A stretch of 62,263 nucleotides of DNA from positions 1-62,263 of the forward strand of contig JANPLC010000142.1 of assembly GCA_031426335.1 (NCBI GenBank), written 5' to 3'. This DNA comes from Planctomycetota bacterium (GTDB lineage Bacteria; Planctomycetota; UBA11346). The translations under genes and the position numbers were made by a program. Shown piece after piece: positions 1 through 9,013 of the stretch. How positions within the stretch are numbered: position 1 is the first letter of the stretch; every line of letters starts with the position of its first letter. The notes beneath the pieces were generated by a model that worked only from the letters and a program-made list of their open reading frames with translations, did not search any database and was not told the origin of the DNA.

Positions 1-1
1 G

Positions 2-304
2 GTGTTGCCCGCCCTCCGCGGGGCCGCGCCCATTCAGTACGCCCTACTCAATGGGGACGAAAGTACAGGTGTCTCGATTCAAAAAATGGTTAAGCTTGCG
101 CCAAATCTGAAGGCCCTTGGAGTTCTGCTCACTCTGTATTCGCACAACGAACGCATCTGCCGCCAAGTCGAGTCGATGCTTCGAAAGGAGCTAGGAGCCA
201 AACTCTTCGAGACGAAAATTCGCGTGAACACAAAGGCGAAGGCGGCTCCCAGCGTTCAGAAGACGATGGGCGAGCTGGAAACGTTCGTGCGCGCGAGCGC
301 GTAG
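2..304 (+). pseudogene. Chimeric ORF remnant: a methionyl-tRNA formyltransferase-like fragment fused in frame to a ParA/Soj-type ATPase C-terminal fragment
   Basis: aa 1-29 (LPALRGAAPIQYALLNGDESTGVSIQKM) resemble the Fmt core motif (LLPRxRGAAPIQxAxxxGDxETGVTIMxM). aa ~36-90 (LKALGVLLTLYSHNERICRQVESMLRKELGAKLFETKIRVNTKAKAAPS) resemble the C-terminal half of ParA/Soj (GxLLTMxDxRxxLxxQV...FxTxIxRNVKLAEAPS). Neither part is full length. Codon choice (agt, aca, att, caa, aaa, ctt) and GC are visibly atypical for this window. The ORF is cut by the window edge. Confidence 0.4.
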
Positions 305-470
305 GATTCAGAAGAGCCGAGTGCACCTCGGCGATCCCAGGGGACGGCCTGGAAGCCCGGCAGAGTTCATGCTCTCGCGGCTTTCGACCGCCGGATGTCG
401 CTGATCGCCTGCCAGGTTGCCGCGCAGCGGGCGGGCTGGCAGCCCGCGCTCCTGGCAGAAAGAGCAGGAA

Positions 471-1667
471 TCAGACGGCGGGTTCGCCGGTCGACCCCGC
501 CATCATCGCCACCACCTTGGCCCGAGTCGGCTGGTGGATCACGCCGCGTTCGGTGATCAGGGCGGTGATCAGCGCGGCCGGGGTGACGTCGAATGCCGGG
601 TTGGCCACCGGAACGTCAGCGGGTGAGAACTGCGTGCCCTGCGGACGACGGACTTCGTCGGGCTTGCGTTCCTCGATCTCGATCTGCATGCCGTCTTTGA
701 GCGAGAGGTCGAAGGTGCTGTACGGCGCGGCGACGTAGAACGGGATGCCGTGGTATTTGGCCAGCACGGCGAGGCCGTAGGTGCCGATCTTATTCGCTGC
801 GTCGCCGTTGGCGGTGATGCGGTCGGCGCCGACGATGACGGCCTGGATGCGCCCACGTTGCATCAGGTGCGCTGCCATGTTGTCGCAGATGAGCGTGACC
901 GGCACCTTGGCGCGTTGCAGTTCGAGCGCGGTCAGACGCGCGCCTTGCAGCAGCGGACGGGTCTCGTCAGCGAAGACGTGGATCTGCCGGCCATCACGAT
1001 GCGCCTGGACGATACAGCCGAGGGCCGTGCCGACACCACCGGTAGCGAGCGCGCCGGTGTTGCAGTGGGTCAAGACACCGCCGGATTTCGGCAGCAGACG
1101 GGCGCCGTTTTCAGCGATGCGCGCGCAGAGTTCAGCGTCCTCGCGATGGATGCGCTTAGCTTCCATCAACAAGCGGGCGCAGAGTTCCAGCGCGGTGAGA
1201 TCGCTCAGGTGACGCTGGAAACAATCGCGCATGCGCTCCAGGGCCCACTTGAGATTCACCGCGGTCGGGCGGCTGGTGACCAAGCGCTCAAACGCGACGG
1301 CGAAGGGTTTCTCCAACGCGGTGGCGTTCTTGGCCTTCATGGCGAACGGCACCAGGTGCAGCACCAGGCCGTAAGCCCCGGCGATGCCGATGGCCGGCGC
1401 GCCACGCACCACCAGGTCGATGATCGCCTGCCGCAGCGGCTCCAGCTCACGAATGGCGCGGTACTCGACGGACGCGGGCAGGCGTGTCTGGTCGATCAGG
1501 ATCAGCGTGCCGTCATCCAAACCACCACGCCATTCGACGCCGCGCAGGACCCCATCAGCGGGACCGGCGATTACCGTCTGCTTCTTGCTGACGCGGACGA
1601 CTGGACCTTTGGACTTGGCCTTCGTGGACGGACGGGGACGGGACGTGGATTTTTTGCGTGCGGGCAT
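471..1667 (-). CDS. mtnA: S-methyl-5-thioribose-1-phosphate isomerase (eIF-2B alpha/beta/delta family) with a basic N-terminal extension
   Basis: Motifs RGAPAIGIAGAYGL, TSRPTAVNLKWAL, THCNTGALATGGVGTALG, VFADETRPLLQGARLTALEL and VGADRITANGDAANKIGTYGLAVLAKYHGIPFYVAAP. I place the start at the ATG at 1667 (MPARKK...), because the longer ORF to 1793 runs into an intergenic hairpin element. Confidence 0.9.
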   Translation of the reverse strand: MPARKKSTSRPRPSTKAKSKGPVVRVSKKQTVIAGPADGVLRGVEWRGGLDDGTLILIDQTRLPASVEYRAIRELEPLRQAIIDLVVRGAPAIGIAGAYGLVLHLVPFAMKAKNATALEKPFAVAFERLVTSRPTAVNLKWALERMRDCFQRHLSDLTALELCARLLMEAKRIHREDAELCARIAENGARLLPKSGGVLTHCNTGALATGGVGTALGCIVQAHRDGRQIHVFADETRPLLQGARLTALELQRAKVPVTLICDNMAAHLMQRGRIQAVIVGADRITANGDAANKIGTYGLAVLAKYHGIPFYVAAPYSTFDLSLKDGMQIEIEERKPDEVRRPQGTQFSPADVPVANPAFDVTPAALITALITERGVIHQPTRAKVVAMMAGSTGEPAV

Positions 1668-1778
1668 GGCGGCATGCTGCGAGGGCGCGCACATCAGCAA
1701 GAGCGGCCCGCCGGCAGCGACCTGCGGCTGTGCATCGGCGATGAGGAAACCGCAAGGATTCGATGAACCTACAACCGG

Positions 1779-1912
1779 CGATAGATCGAACACAGAGCAC
1801 CAGAGAACCAGAGACGAAGGGGAATTGCGACATCAGCACGCGTCACCAAGTGGGTGAGAGTCCTCTCGGTCACAAACCCTTGGCCCTTCCTCTGGTGCTC
1901 TGTGTTCTATCG
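1779..1912. repeat. Intergenic word-repeat hairpin element (CACAGAG/CCAGAG type)
   Basis: The left arm is gcgatagatcgaacacagagcaccagagaaccagagacgaagggg. The right arm cccttcctctggtgctctgtgttctatcgc is its reverse complement with two bulges. A central loop of about 60 nt separates them. It lies between the DUF2339 stop (1933) and the mtnA start (1667). Confidence 0.75.
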
Positions 1913-1932
1913 CTGGCTATCACCGCGCACGG

Positions 1933-4900
1933 CTAGGCTCCCGTCTGCTTGGGGGCCGTCGTTTCGCCGGTCAAGCGGCGCTCCAGCCGATGGTACGCAT
2001 ACGACGCGGCGATCAGCACCACACCGACCAGCATGAACGCCAGGATGCGGTAAAGCTGCTGCACGCCGTTCATGTCGACGATCAGCAGCTTGGCCGCAGT
2101 CAGAGCGAACAAGCCGAGCGCGAGATACCGCACCAGCTGCAGGCGCCACTGGAAGCCGACGATGAGCGCACCCACCGCCAGCACCACCCACACCACGGTG
2201 ATGGAAAAGGTCGCCACGCGTTTGGCCAAGGCCGGATCAGCGATGGCGTGCAGGTAATGTGCCGGTGCCTCGATGGTGCAGAGCAGGAAGCCCATCAACG
2301 TGGCATACCACCACAGGAACACCGGTCGCCCGGCATCATCCGGCAGCGGCCGTGACTCGACCGCACGCGCGGCGACCACCAGCGCCGCCAGCACCATTGC
2401 CGGCGCCAGCACGCGCAAGTTGAGGAACGGCTGCCAGGTGTCCCAAGCGAAAAGATAGACCATCAGCGCCGGCAGCACCGCCGCACCGGCCAGCAACGTG
2501 CCGAGCCACCACGCATCGCTGGTCGCACCGCGACGCCAACGTTGCGTGGCCAACACGGCGGAACCGGCCATGACCAGCGCCAACGACCACACGCCGGTGG
2601 AAGCTGCCTCATCGCCGCTGAAGTGGTCGTGGCTCCAACGCAGGACCTCACACGCTGCCGCGCTGGTCGCCAACAACTGCACTACGCTCGGCCACCACTC
2701 TGGGCCGTTGAACACCAGGCGTTGCAGACCGACTACCACCACCGCCAACACCACCACCAGGAAGCGGGCGTTCGCCACCAACGGCACCGCGGTGCCGTCA
2801 CGTCCGTACAACAGGAAGGCGGCAAGGACGCCCGCGCACAGCGGCAGCAGATTCACCTGCGCGATCACTCGCGTCTTGAAGGCCAGGGCGAGCACGCTGC
2901 CCATCAGCGCGGCGACCAGCCACACCACGGCCAGAGTGCGGTGGAGATCACCGTTGGCTGTGGGTGGTGCCTCTGCCCGTGCGTACCACGCCATGGTTTC
3001 AATCGTCGCCAGCAAGACGAGGCCGAGTTGGATCAGCACCAGCACCGGCGACTGCAGCGCGCTGGTGTCGCCCAAGCGATCACCGCCACGACGTGCGCAC
3101 CACCACCACAGCGCCAAGCCAGCCAACGTCACCACGGTCAACAGGCAACGCGGATTGACTACCACGCTGCCTCCTGGCCAGGACGAGGCATAGGCCGCGA
3201 AGGCGAGGACCACCCCAAGTATCGCCGGCAACAGCGCCAACCGCGCGGTGATACCACAACCCCAGCGCCACGCCCCGGCGAGGAATCCCAGTCCGCCGCA
3301 CATCCACCACAGGCCATGGATGCTCGCCTGCGGAATCAGCACCCACGCTTGCGGATGTCCTGACGCATGCCGGATGAGCTCTCCGCTGCCGATCAGCAGC
3401 AGCGCCGCACCGGCCAACCACCAGCACGCACGCTGCCACTGGCGATCACCCGCGGTGTTACCGAACCAGCGATGGACCGCCGCCGTCGCCGCCAGGCCCA
3501 ACGGGGCAACCAAAAGCGCCATCACCCACGCATTGAATCCCAGGGCGGCGGAGAAGTCCTCGGGCGGCAGGGTCTTCATCAGCAGACGGACCAGCGCCAA
3601 GGCCAACACCACATGCGCCAGCAGACGCGTGGGAGCGTGCGCAAAGCGGTAACCGAGTGCCAACAGCGTGACGGACTCGGCAACCCAGGCGGTGGCGATG
3701 GCCTCAACCGGCATGAGGTAAAACAACCCGAGCGTCAGCAACATCACGCCGAGCGCGAGGAAGCCGTGCACGACCTTGCGATCATCGCCAATGCGCGCGC
3801 GCGTGAACCCGCCGATGCCGCCGTAGAGCGCCGCCAATCCCAGACACACCAACGCCAGCACCGTCGCGTGGTGATCGCGCAACAGCAGGGCGGCGAAACC
3901 GAGGGTGAACGCCAGGTTGCCGACCGCGAGGGCGAAACGTTCGACGGTGACCGTCGAACGCATGCGCCAGTGGTGGGCGAACGGCAGCACCAGAAACACT
4001 AGGTGGAAGATCATCAACCACGTGAGCATGCCCCACGGTTCAGCGCCCGGTGCTTCTCGGCTAAACTGCCAGCCGGCATAAAGCACCACGGTGCCGACAA
4101 AGGCCAGCACATCGAGCGCGCGCCAACGACGATACCACGCCGCGCCAAGCACGCCGAGGTCGAGCATCAGCACGTAGGTGAACAACGCCTCGCGCGAACC
4201 ACCGCCGGTATCGATCAGCACCGGCGTGGCGAAACCACCGAGGATCGCGCACACCGCCATCGGCAGCGCGTGCGCGCGCACGGCCAGAGTCATGCCCACC
4301 GCGGTGATCAAGGCCATCAGGCCGAAGGCGAGTTTGCCAGGGAACAACGGCTCCGGCACCAGCATCACGCTCGGCGAAAATCCGCCGTACACCGCCAAGT
4401 ACGCCAGCGCGATGCCACCACCGGCCAATCCCTGCCCCAGTGCGGTCATGCCTTGGCGCAGAAAACGCAAGCCGGTGAGCACCATCACCACCGCCGCCAA
4501 GGCGATGCCGCCGATGCGCATCGGCGGCGTGACGTATCGTCCGAGCCAATCCTGATCGTAAGCGTATTTCAGCAGGAACACGCCACCAAGGAACAACAGC
4601 GCCACGCCCGACCACGTCAGCCAGCGTTTGCCGACCACCACCTCGAAGTCGGCTGCGGGTGCGGCGGCCGGCGATGGTGGTGTGGGGAAGGCGGGTGGTG
4701 GCAACGCCGACTTCACTTGCGCGGACGACGCCATGGCGACCGGGATCGCAGCAGGCTCCGGTATCGGCGCAGGTGTGGGCGCGGGTGTCAGCAACGCCGG
4801 CGTCGGGCCCGCTGTCACGGCTGAGGTGACGTCTGAGGTGACGGCAGCAGTGGAAGCAGCCGCAGGGACCGCCGGCGCAGGCAGCACTGGTGTTGCGGCC

Positions 4901-5244
4901 GGCTGCGGAGCAATCGGCGGCGGCGACTGCGGCTTCTGCCGCTGGGGCAGATCAACGAGCAACGATGAACGTGCGGCGCGCGCAGCGACAAAACCGCTGT
5001 CAGGCGGAGGCTCGACCGGCCGCGGGGACGGCGACGGGCTCGGCAGTGGGCGCGGCGCAGCGGACGGCGGCGTGGGCGCTTCGGCGACGCGACGGCGCAA
5101 GTCGGTCACCTCCTTTTTCAGCTCGATGACCTCCCGCTCCAATTTGCGGACCAGCGCGAAGGCCACCATTCCCAGGATCGCGCCGACCGGCAGGCCGACG
5201 ACGATCAGGATGCCAAGCAGGATCAGACCACCGTCCATCAGCAA
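1933..5244 (-). CDS. DUF2339-type large polytopic membrane protein
   Basis: N-terminal TM helix, a short coiled coil (LEREVIELKKEVTDLRRRV), a ~170 aa Pro/Ala-rich linker, then more than 25 predicted TM helices. This architecture is typical of DUF2339. Confidence 0.7.
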   Translation of the reverse strand: MLMDGGLILLGILIVVGLPVGAILGMVAFALVRKLEREVIELKKEVTDLRRRVAEAPTPPSAAPRPLPSPSPSPRPVEPPPDSGFVAARAARSSLLVDLPQRQKPQSPPPIAPQPAATPVLPAPAVPAAASTAAVTSDVTSAVTAGPTPALLTPAPTPAPIPEPAAIPVAMASSAQVKSALPPPAFPTPPSPAAAPAADFEVVVGKRWLTWSGVALLFLGGVFLLKYAYDQDWLGRYVTPPMRIGGIALAAVVMVLTGLRFLRQGMTALGQGLAGGGIALAYLAVYGGFSPSVMLVPEPLFPGKLAFGLMALITAVGMTLAVRAHALPMAVCAILGGFATPVLIDTGGGSREALFTYVLMLDLGVLGAAWYRRWRALDVLAFVGTVVLYAGWQFSREAPGAEPWGMLTWLMIFHLVFLVLPFAHHWRMRSTVTVERFALAVGNLAFTLGFAALLLRDHHATVLALVCLGLAALYGGIGGFTRARIGDDRKVVHGFLALGVMLLTLGLFYLMPVEAIATAWVAESVTLLALGYRFAHAPTRLLAHVVLALALVRLLMKTLPPEDFSAALGFNAWVMALLVAPLGLAATAAVHRWFGNTAGDRQWQRACWWLAGAALLLIGSGELIRHASGHPQAWVLIPQASIHGLWWMCGGLGFLAGAWRWGCGITARLALLPAILGVVLAFAAYASSWPGGSVVVNPRCLLTVVTLAGLALWWWCARRGGDRLGDTSALQSPVLVLIQLGLVLLATIETMAWYARAEAPPTANGDLHRTLAVVWLVAALMGSVLALAFKTRVIAQVNLLPLCAGVLAAFLLYGRDGTAVPLVANARFLVVVLAVVVVGLQRLVFNGPEWWPSVVQLLATSAAACEVLRWSHDHFSGDEAASTGVWSLALVMAGSAVLATQRWRRGATSDAWWLGTLLAGAAVLPALMVYLFAWDTWQPFLNLRVLAPAMVLAALVVAARAVESRPLPDDAGRPVFLWWYATLMGFLLCTIEAPAHYLHAIADPALAKRVATFSITVVWVVLAVGALIVGFQWRLQLVRYLALGLFALTAAKLLIVDMNGVQQLYRILAFMLVGVVLIAASYAYHRLERRLTGETTAPKQTGA

Positions 5245-5288
5245 CTCCGCGTTACTCGCCGGTGAAGCGGCCGGAGCGAGTGCCGCAG

Positions 5289-5317
5289 ACTGTAGAAATG
5301 GTATCGTTCGTTATCAA
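5289..5317 (-). promoter_or_regulatory. Candidate sigma-70-type promoter for the DUF2339 gene
   Basis: The minus strand reads TTGATA-17 nt-TACAGT in the AT-richest part of the 88-bp gap, about 45 nt upstream of the ATG at 5244. Confidence 0.35.
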
Positions 5318-5331
5318 TGACTTTCTGCCGC

Positions 5332-7170
5332 TCAAGTCGGCGTCACCATGGTCGCCTTGGGCTCGATCGGCAGTTCTTCGCCCGGGTTCACGTAGCGCTC
5401 GCGTTCAACCGCGTACTGCCGGTCGTGCAGCGCACGGTAGCGACCGCCAGCGTGCTCCATCAGTTCATCATGCGTGCCGCGTTCAACGATGCGGCCCCCT
5501 TCGAGCACCAGGATCTGATCGGCGGCGCGAATGGTCGAGAGCCGGTGGGCGATGACGAAAGTGGTGCGGCCCTTGCGCAACTCGGCGAGTCCGGCCTGGA
5601 TCGCCGCTTCGCTTTCGCTGTCGAGCGAGGAGGTCGCTTCGTCGAGGATGAGGATCCGCGGATCCGCCAGCAGCGCGCGCGCGATGGCCACACGTTGCCG
5701 CTGACCGCCACTGAGTTTCACGCCGCGTTCGCCGACGATGGTGTCGTAGCCGAGTGGGAAGCCGCGCACGAACTCGTCGCAACGAGCGATGGTAGCCACG
5801 CGCTCGATGTCGGCGCGCGCAGCTTCCGGCCGGGCGAAGGCGATGTTGTCGGCCACCGTGCCGTCGAAGAGGAAGTTGTCCTGCATGACCACGCCGATGT
5901 TGGCGCGGTACGACGCTAGACGCAGCGTGGCAAGATCATGGCCGTCGACGCGGATGACACCGTCCTGCGGACGATTGAACGCCATCAGCAGGCTCATCAG
6001 CGTGCTCTTGCCTGAGCCACTCGAACCGACCAACGCGGTGGTCGAACCCGCCGCGGCGGCAAACGAGATATCGTGCAGCACCGGTCGTCCGGCGTCATAG
6101 GCGAAGGTCACGTGCTCCATCGCCACTGCACCAGCAAGCGGCGGTGTGGGCTGACGCGTGGCGTCCTCGGCATCTTCCGGCGCCTGTGAACGCAGTTCAC
6201 GGATACGGTCGAGACCGGCGAAGGCCTCGGTGATCTGCGTGCCGATCGAGGCGATCTGGAACACCGGCCCGGCGACCAACGCGGTCAAGGCGATGTAGAG
6301 CACCAGATCGCCGATCTGCATGGTACCCGCCATGATCGCCCGTCCGCCGATGACCATCGCCAGGGTGCTGACCACTCCGATGACCAGCGTCGCCAGCGCC
6401 GAGACCAACGAGATACCGGTCATCGAAGCCTTCACTTGCGCGAACAACTTGTCGACGCCGCCGCCGAACACCGCGCGTTCACGTGGCTCGGCGGTGTAGG
6501 CCTTGACGATGCGGATGCCGCCGAGCGTCTGATTGAGCCGACCGGTGACCTCAGCATTGAGCCGCCCACGTTCGCGGAAGATCGGGCGGATGCGTTTGAA
6601 AGCGAAACCGAGCACGCCACCGAACATGCCAAGGGCCACCAGGATGCCGAGGGTGAGCTGCCAGTTGAGCCAGAACAACACAGTGATCGCTATGGTCCCG
6701 GTGAACAGGCCACCAACCAGATTGACGATGCCGGTACCGACCAAGTTACGCACGCCTTCGGCGTCGGTCATCACGCGCGAAATCAATACGCCCGACTGGG
6801 TGGCATCAAAACTCTTCACCGGCAGACGCAGCACGTGGTCGTGGACCGCCTTGCGCAGATCGTTGATGGCGCGCTGGGCGGCGATGCCGAGCAGCTGTGC
6901 GAGCGCGAAGCCAGAGGCGGCCTCCACCAGCACGGCCCCGAGCACGCCCAGCACTAGCCAGGTCAGCAATGTGTGGTTCTGGTGCGGAATGACCTCGTCG
7001 AACAACAGCTTGGCGGCTACCGGCAGGACGAAACCCGCTGCGCGGTTAACCACCAGGATCCCCAGCCCCGTCATCAGCCGACGACGGTGCGTATGCAGCA
7101 ACACCCGGGTTTCAGCCCAGGCGTTGGCGGTGTTCAGGGGTTTCTTGGGTGATTTCTGGTCATCCGCCAT
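5332..7170 (-). CDS. ABC exporter, fused permease/ATPase (MsbA-like type I exporter fold)
   Basis: Six N-terminal TM helices. Walker A GSSGSGKST, ABC signature LSGGQRQRVAIARAL, Walker B ILILDEATSSLD, and an H-loop (FVIAHRLST). Confidence 0.9.
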   Translation of the reverse strand: MADDQKSPKKPLNTANAWAETRVLLHTHRRRLMTGLGILVVNRAAGFVLPVAAKLLFDEVIPHQNHTLLTWLVLGVLGAVLVEAASGFALAQLLGIAAQRAINDLRKAVHDHVLRLPVKSFDATQSGVLISRVMTDAEGVRNLVGTGIVNLVGGLFTGTIAITVLFWLNWQLTLGILVALGMFGGVLGFAFKRIRPIFRERGRLNAEVTGRLNQTLGGIRIVKAYTAEPRERAVFGGGVDKLFAQVKASMTGISLVSALATLVIGVVSTLAMVIGGRAIMAGTMQIGDLVLYIALTALVAGPVFQIASIGTQITEAFAGLDRIRELRSQAPEDAEDATRQPTPPLAGAVAMEHVTFAYDAGRPVLHDISFAAAAGSTTALVGSSGSGKSTLMSLLMAFNRPQDGVIRVDGHDLATLRLASYRANIGVVMQDNFLFDGTVADNIAFARPEAARADIERVATIARCDEFVRGFPLGYDTIVGERGVKLSGGQRQRVAIARALLADPRILILDEATSSLDSESEAAIQAGLAELRKGRTTFVIAHRLSTIRAADQILVLEGGRIVERGTHDELMEHAGGRYRALHDRQYAVERERYVNPGEELPIEPKATMVTPT

Positions 7171-7266
7171 GACTGCCGTCCTTGCCGCTGCGATCTGCGA
7201 CCCGCGCCAGGTGGCGGAGCCTGAGTGTGTTCCCCGACGATTGGCCGTCGGCCGCCGATCGCGTGC

Positions 7267-7701
7267 TCAAACGCGTAGCCAATCGGCCTGCCAGTCGCTG
7301 ATCTTGCGCTTGATCGCATCGTTGCTGAGCGACTGCGCCAACGCCTCATGCACCAGGCCGGGCAACTCGGCATCGCTGGCGAAACGCAACGCGACCAGCT
7401 GCGCCAGCGTCAAGCGCGCGGCTTCCGCGTGGCGCTCGACGGGCAGGACGCGCTGCAGACGGACCTGCATCTCCAGGCGGATGATGCGGTCCTGGATGAT
7501 CTGCGCGGCGCGCCGAGCCACCAACATCGCCAGCACCAGCGCGAGGGCGACCAGCAGTGCCATGACACTGCCGAACCCTGGGACCTGAAACACCCCAATG
7601 CCCTGCCACACCACGTTCACCACCAGCACCAGGAAGGCCGCGATGAACAGGGGCGACGGCAACGCCCGGTGATTGGCGTAGGTCTGAGCAGGCGTGGTCA
7701 T
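7267..7701 (-). CDS. Small two-TM membrane protein, function unknown
   Basis: I place the start at the ATG at 7701 (MTTPAQTYANHRALP). Two hydrophobic helices are followed by an amphipathic C-terminal domain. GC3-rich coding signal. Confidence 0.55.
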   Translation of the reverse strand: MTTPAQTYANHRALPSPLFIAAFLVLVVNVVWQGIGVFQVPGFGSVMALLVALALVLAMLVARRAAQIIQDRIIRLEMQVRLQRVLPVERHAEAARLTLAQLVALRFASDAELPGLVHEALAQSLSNDAIKRKISDWQADWLRV

Positions 7702-7789
7702 GGGGCGCTCCTGGGGGAGCGGATGACGCCACCGGATTCCCGCGGCGCAAGCCACGGTAGGGAACTGATCCACGCACGCGCGACCAGCG

Positions 7790-9013
7790 TCAGCTGCCGA
7801 GCACGTCGCCCCAGCGCTTGCCGATGGCGCTCAGCGCCTGATCGATCGGCACAGCGGCAAAATGCTCACCTGCGCGCGTCACCAGAGCGAAACGCTGCAA
7901 TTTCTCCACCGCATCGGCGACTTCGAAGTCGACTGGTTTGCCGATGAGGTCCTTCAGCCAGGCCTCGATGCGCGCGTCCAGGTCAGCGGCAGTCGCCGGG
8001 CCATGAGCGAGCAAGAAGGCGTAACCGAGAATCGCTTCCTTGGCCTCTTCTTCTTCCGCGCTGTCGACCAGGTGATGGATGACGCCGGCGTTGTTGTCGA
8101 GGTTGCGGTAGTAGAGGTTCTCAGTCAGCGTTTTGAGGAACTGCAGCTTTTTGAAGCGGAAGCGTGCGAGCTGGCGGCTGGCAAAGATGCCGACGGTGAA
8201 GATCGCCGCACCGAAGGCCACCAGTTCGGTCTGCGTCACCATGCGCGGTTTGTCGCCCAGGCCGATGAGACTGAGCGCGAGACCGATGACGAACAGCGCA
8301 GCGGCACTGAGCTGCGCAAGGATGCCGACACTGCCGAGCAACGCCGGCACGCCGAGTACCAACTGATCGAGGGTACGCATGCGCACCTCGCTGTTGGGCA
8401 GCAGCATCTCCAGGTCGGCGACGGGGATGTTCTCGAACAGTTTGAGCGTGGTTGAGCCGGGCTTGAACGGCAGTTTGGCCCGACGCTTGGGCGCGAAGTG
8501 TTCGTCTGGCTGGAAACGCACGAACAAGGCGACGTGTTCGAAATACTCGACATCGATCAGGTGCCGACGCAGACCGAACCACGAGCGCACCACCTCATGC
8601 CGGTGACCACGACCACGGGCGAACAGCGTCAGTTCGGCGAAGTCGCTCAGCCGGGTGTGCAGCTTGACCTTGAACACCGACTCGGCCTTGAGCGCAAGCT
8701 CCAGTTCGGCACTGGAGACCGTCTGGTAGTTGGCCCGCGCCAGCAGTTTCCGCAACTCGGCGCTGAACGCATCTGCCTGCGCGGGCGTGACGGGAACCCC
8801 TGGTTTCACCGCGTTGGGATCAAGCGGGGCGTAGAGGTCCTTCAACCGTTCGGCCTGCCGGTGGTACTCCACGTGCAACAGCTCGGTAAGCGCCCCGGCG
8901 ACCCGTTCCAAACCGTTACGCCACGAGGCGAACGTCGGTTGTTCCAGCATACGCCGCACCAATGCCGAACGGGCGATCGGCAATGAATGATCGCGCGCAG
9001 TCGCAGCGCTCAC
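7790..9013 (-). CDS. DUF3754 / TMEM143-like membrane protein
   Basis: Two central TM helices are followed by TLTENLYYRNLDNNAGVIHHLVDSAEEEEAKEAILGYAFL, which matches my recollection of the DUF3754 signature. The GTG start overlaps the carA stop (GTGA). Confidence 0.6.
   Translation of the reverse strand: MSAATARDHSLPIARSALVRRMLEQPTFASWRNGLERVAGALTELLHVEYHRQAERLKDLYAPLDPNAVKPGVPVTPAQADAFSAELRKLLARANYQTVSSAELELALKAESVFKVKLHTRLSDFAELTLFARGRGHRHEVVRSWFGLRRHLIDVEYFEHVALFVRFQPDEHFAPKRRAKLPFKPGSTTLKLFENIPVADLEMLLPNSEVRMRTLDQLVLGVPALLGSVGILAQLSAAALFVIGLALSLIGLGDKPRMVTQTELVAFGAAIFTVGIFASRQLARFRFKKLQFLKTLTENLYYRNLDNNAGVIHHLVDSAEEEEAKEAILGYAFLLAHGPATAADLDARIEAWLKDLIGKPVDFEVADAVEKLQRFALVTRAGEHFAAVPIDQALSAIGKRWGDVLGS

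Noticed and set aside
80-95. An AAGCTT (HindIII) site exactly at the Fmt/ParA junction, which might hint at a cloning artefact.
   Set aside because: A single 6-bp site is expected by chance about every 4 kb, and more often in this lower-GC stretch. There is no vector-like sequence around it.
1668-1932. A possible SAM or other riboswitch in the long 5' region of mtnA, a methionine salvage gene.
   Set aside because: I found none of the SAM-I, SAM-II or SAM-IV core motifs (no GAGGGA...GCAACC or related blocks). The structured part is explained by the word-repeat hairpin element.
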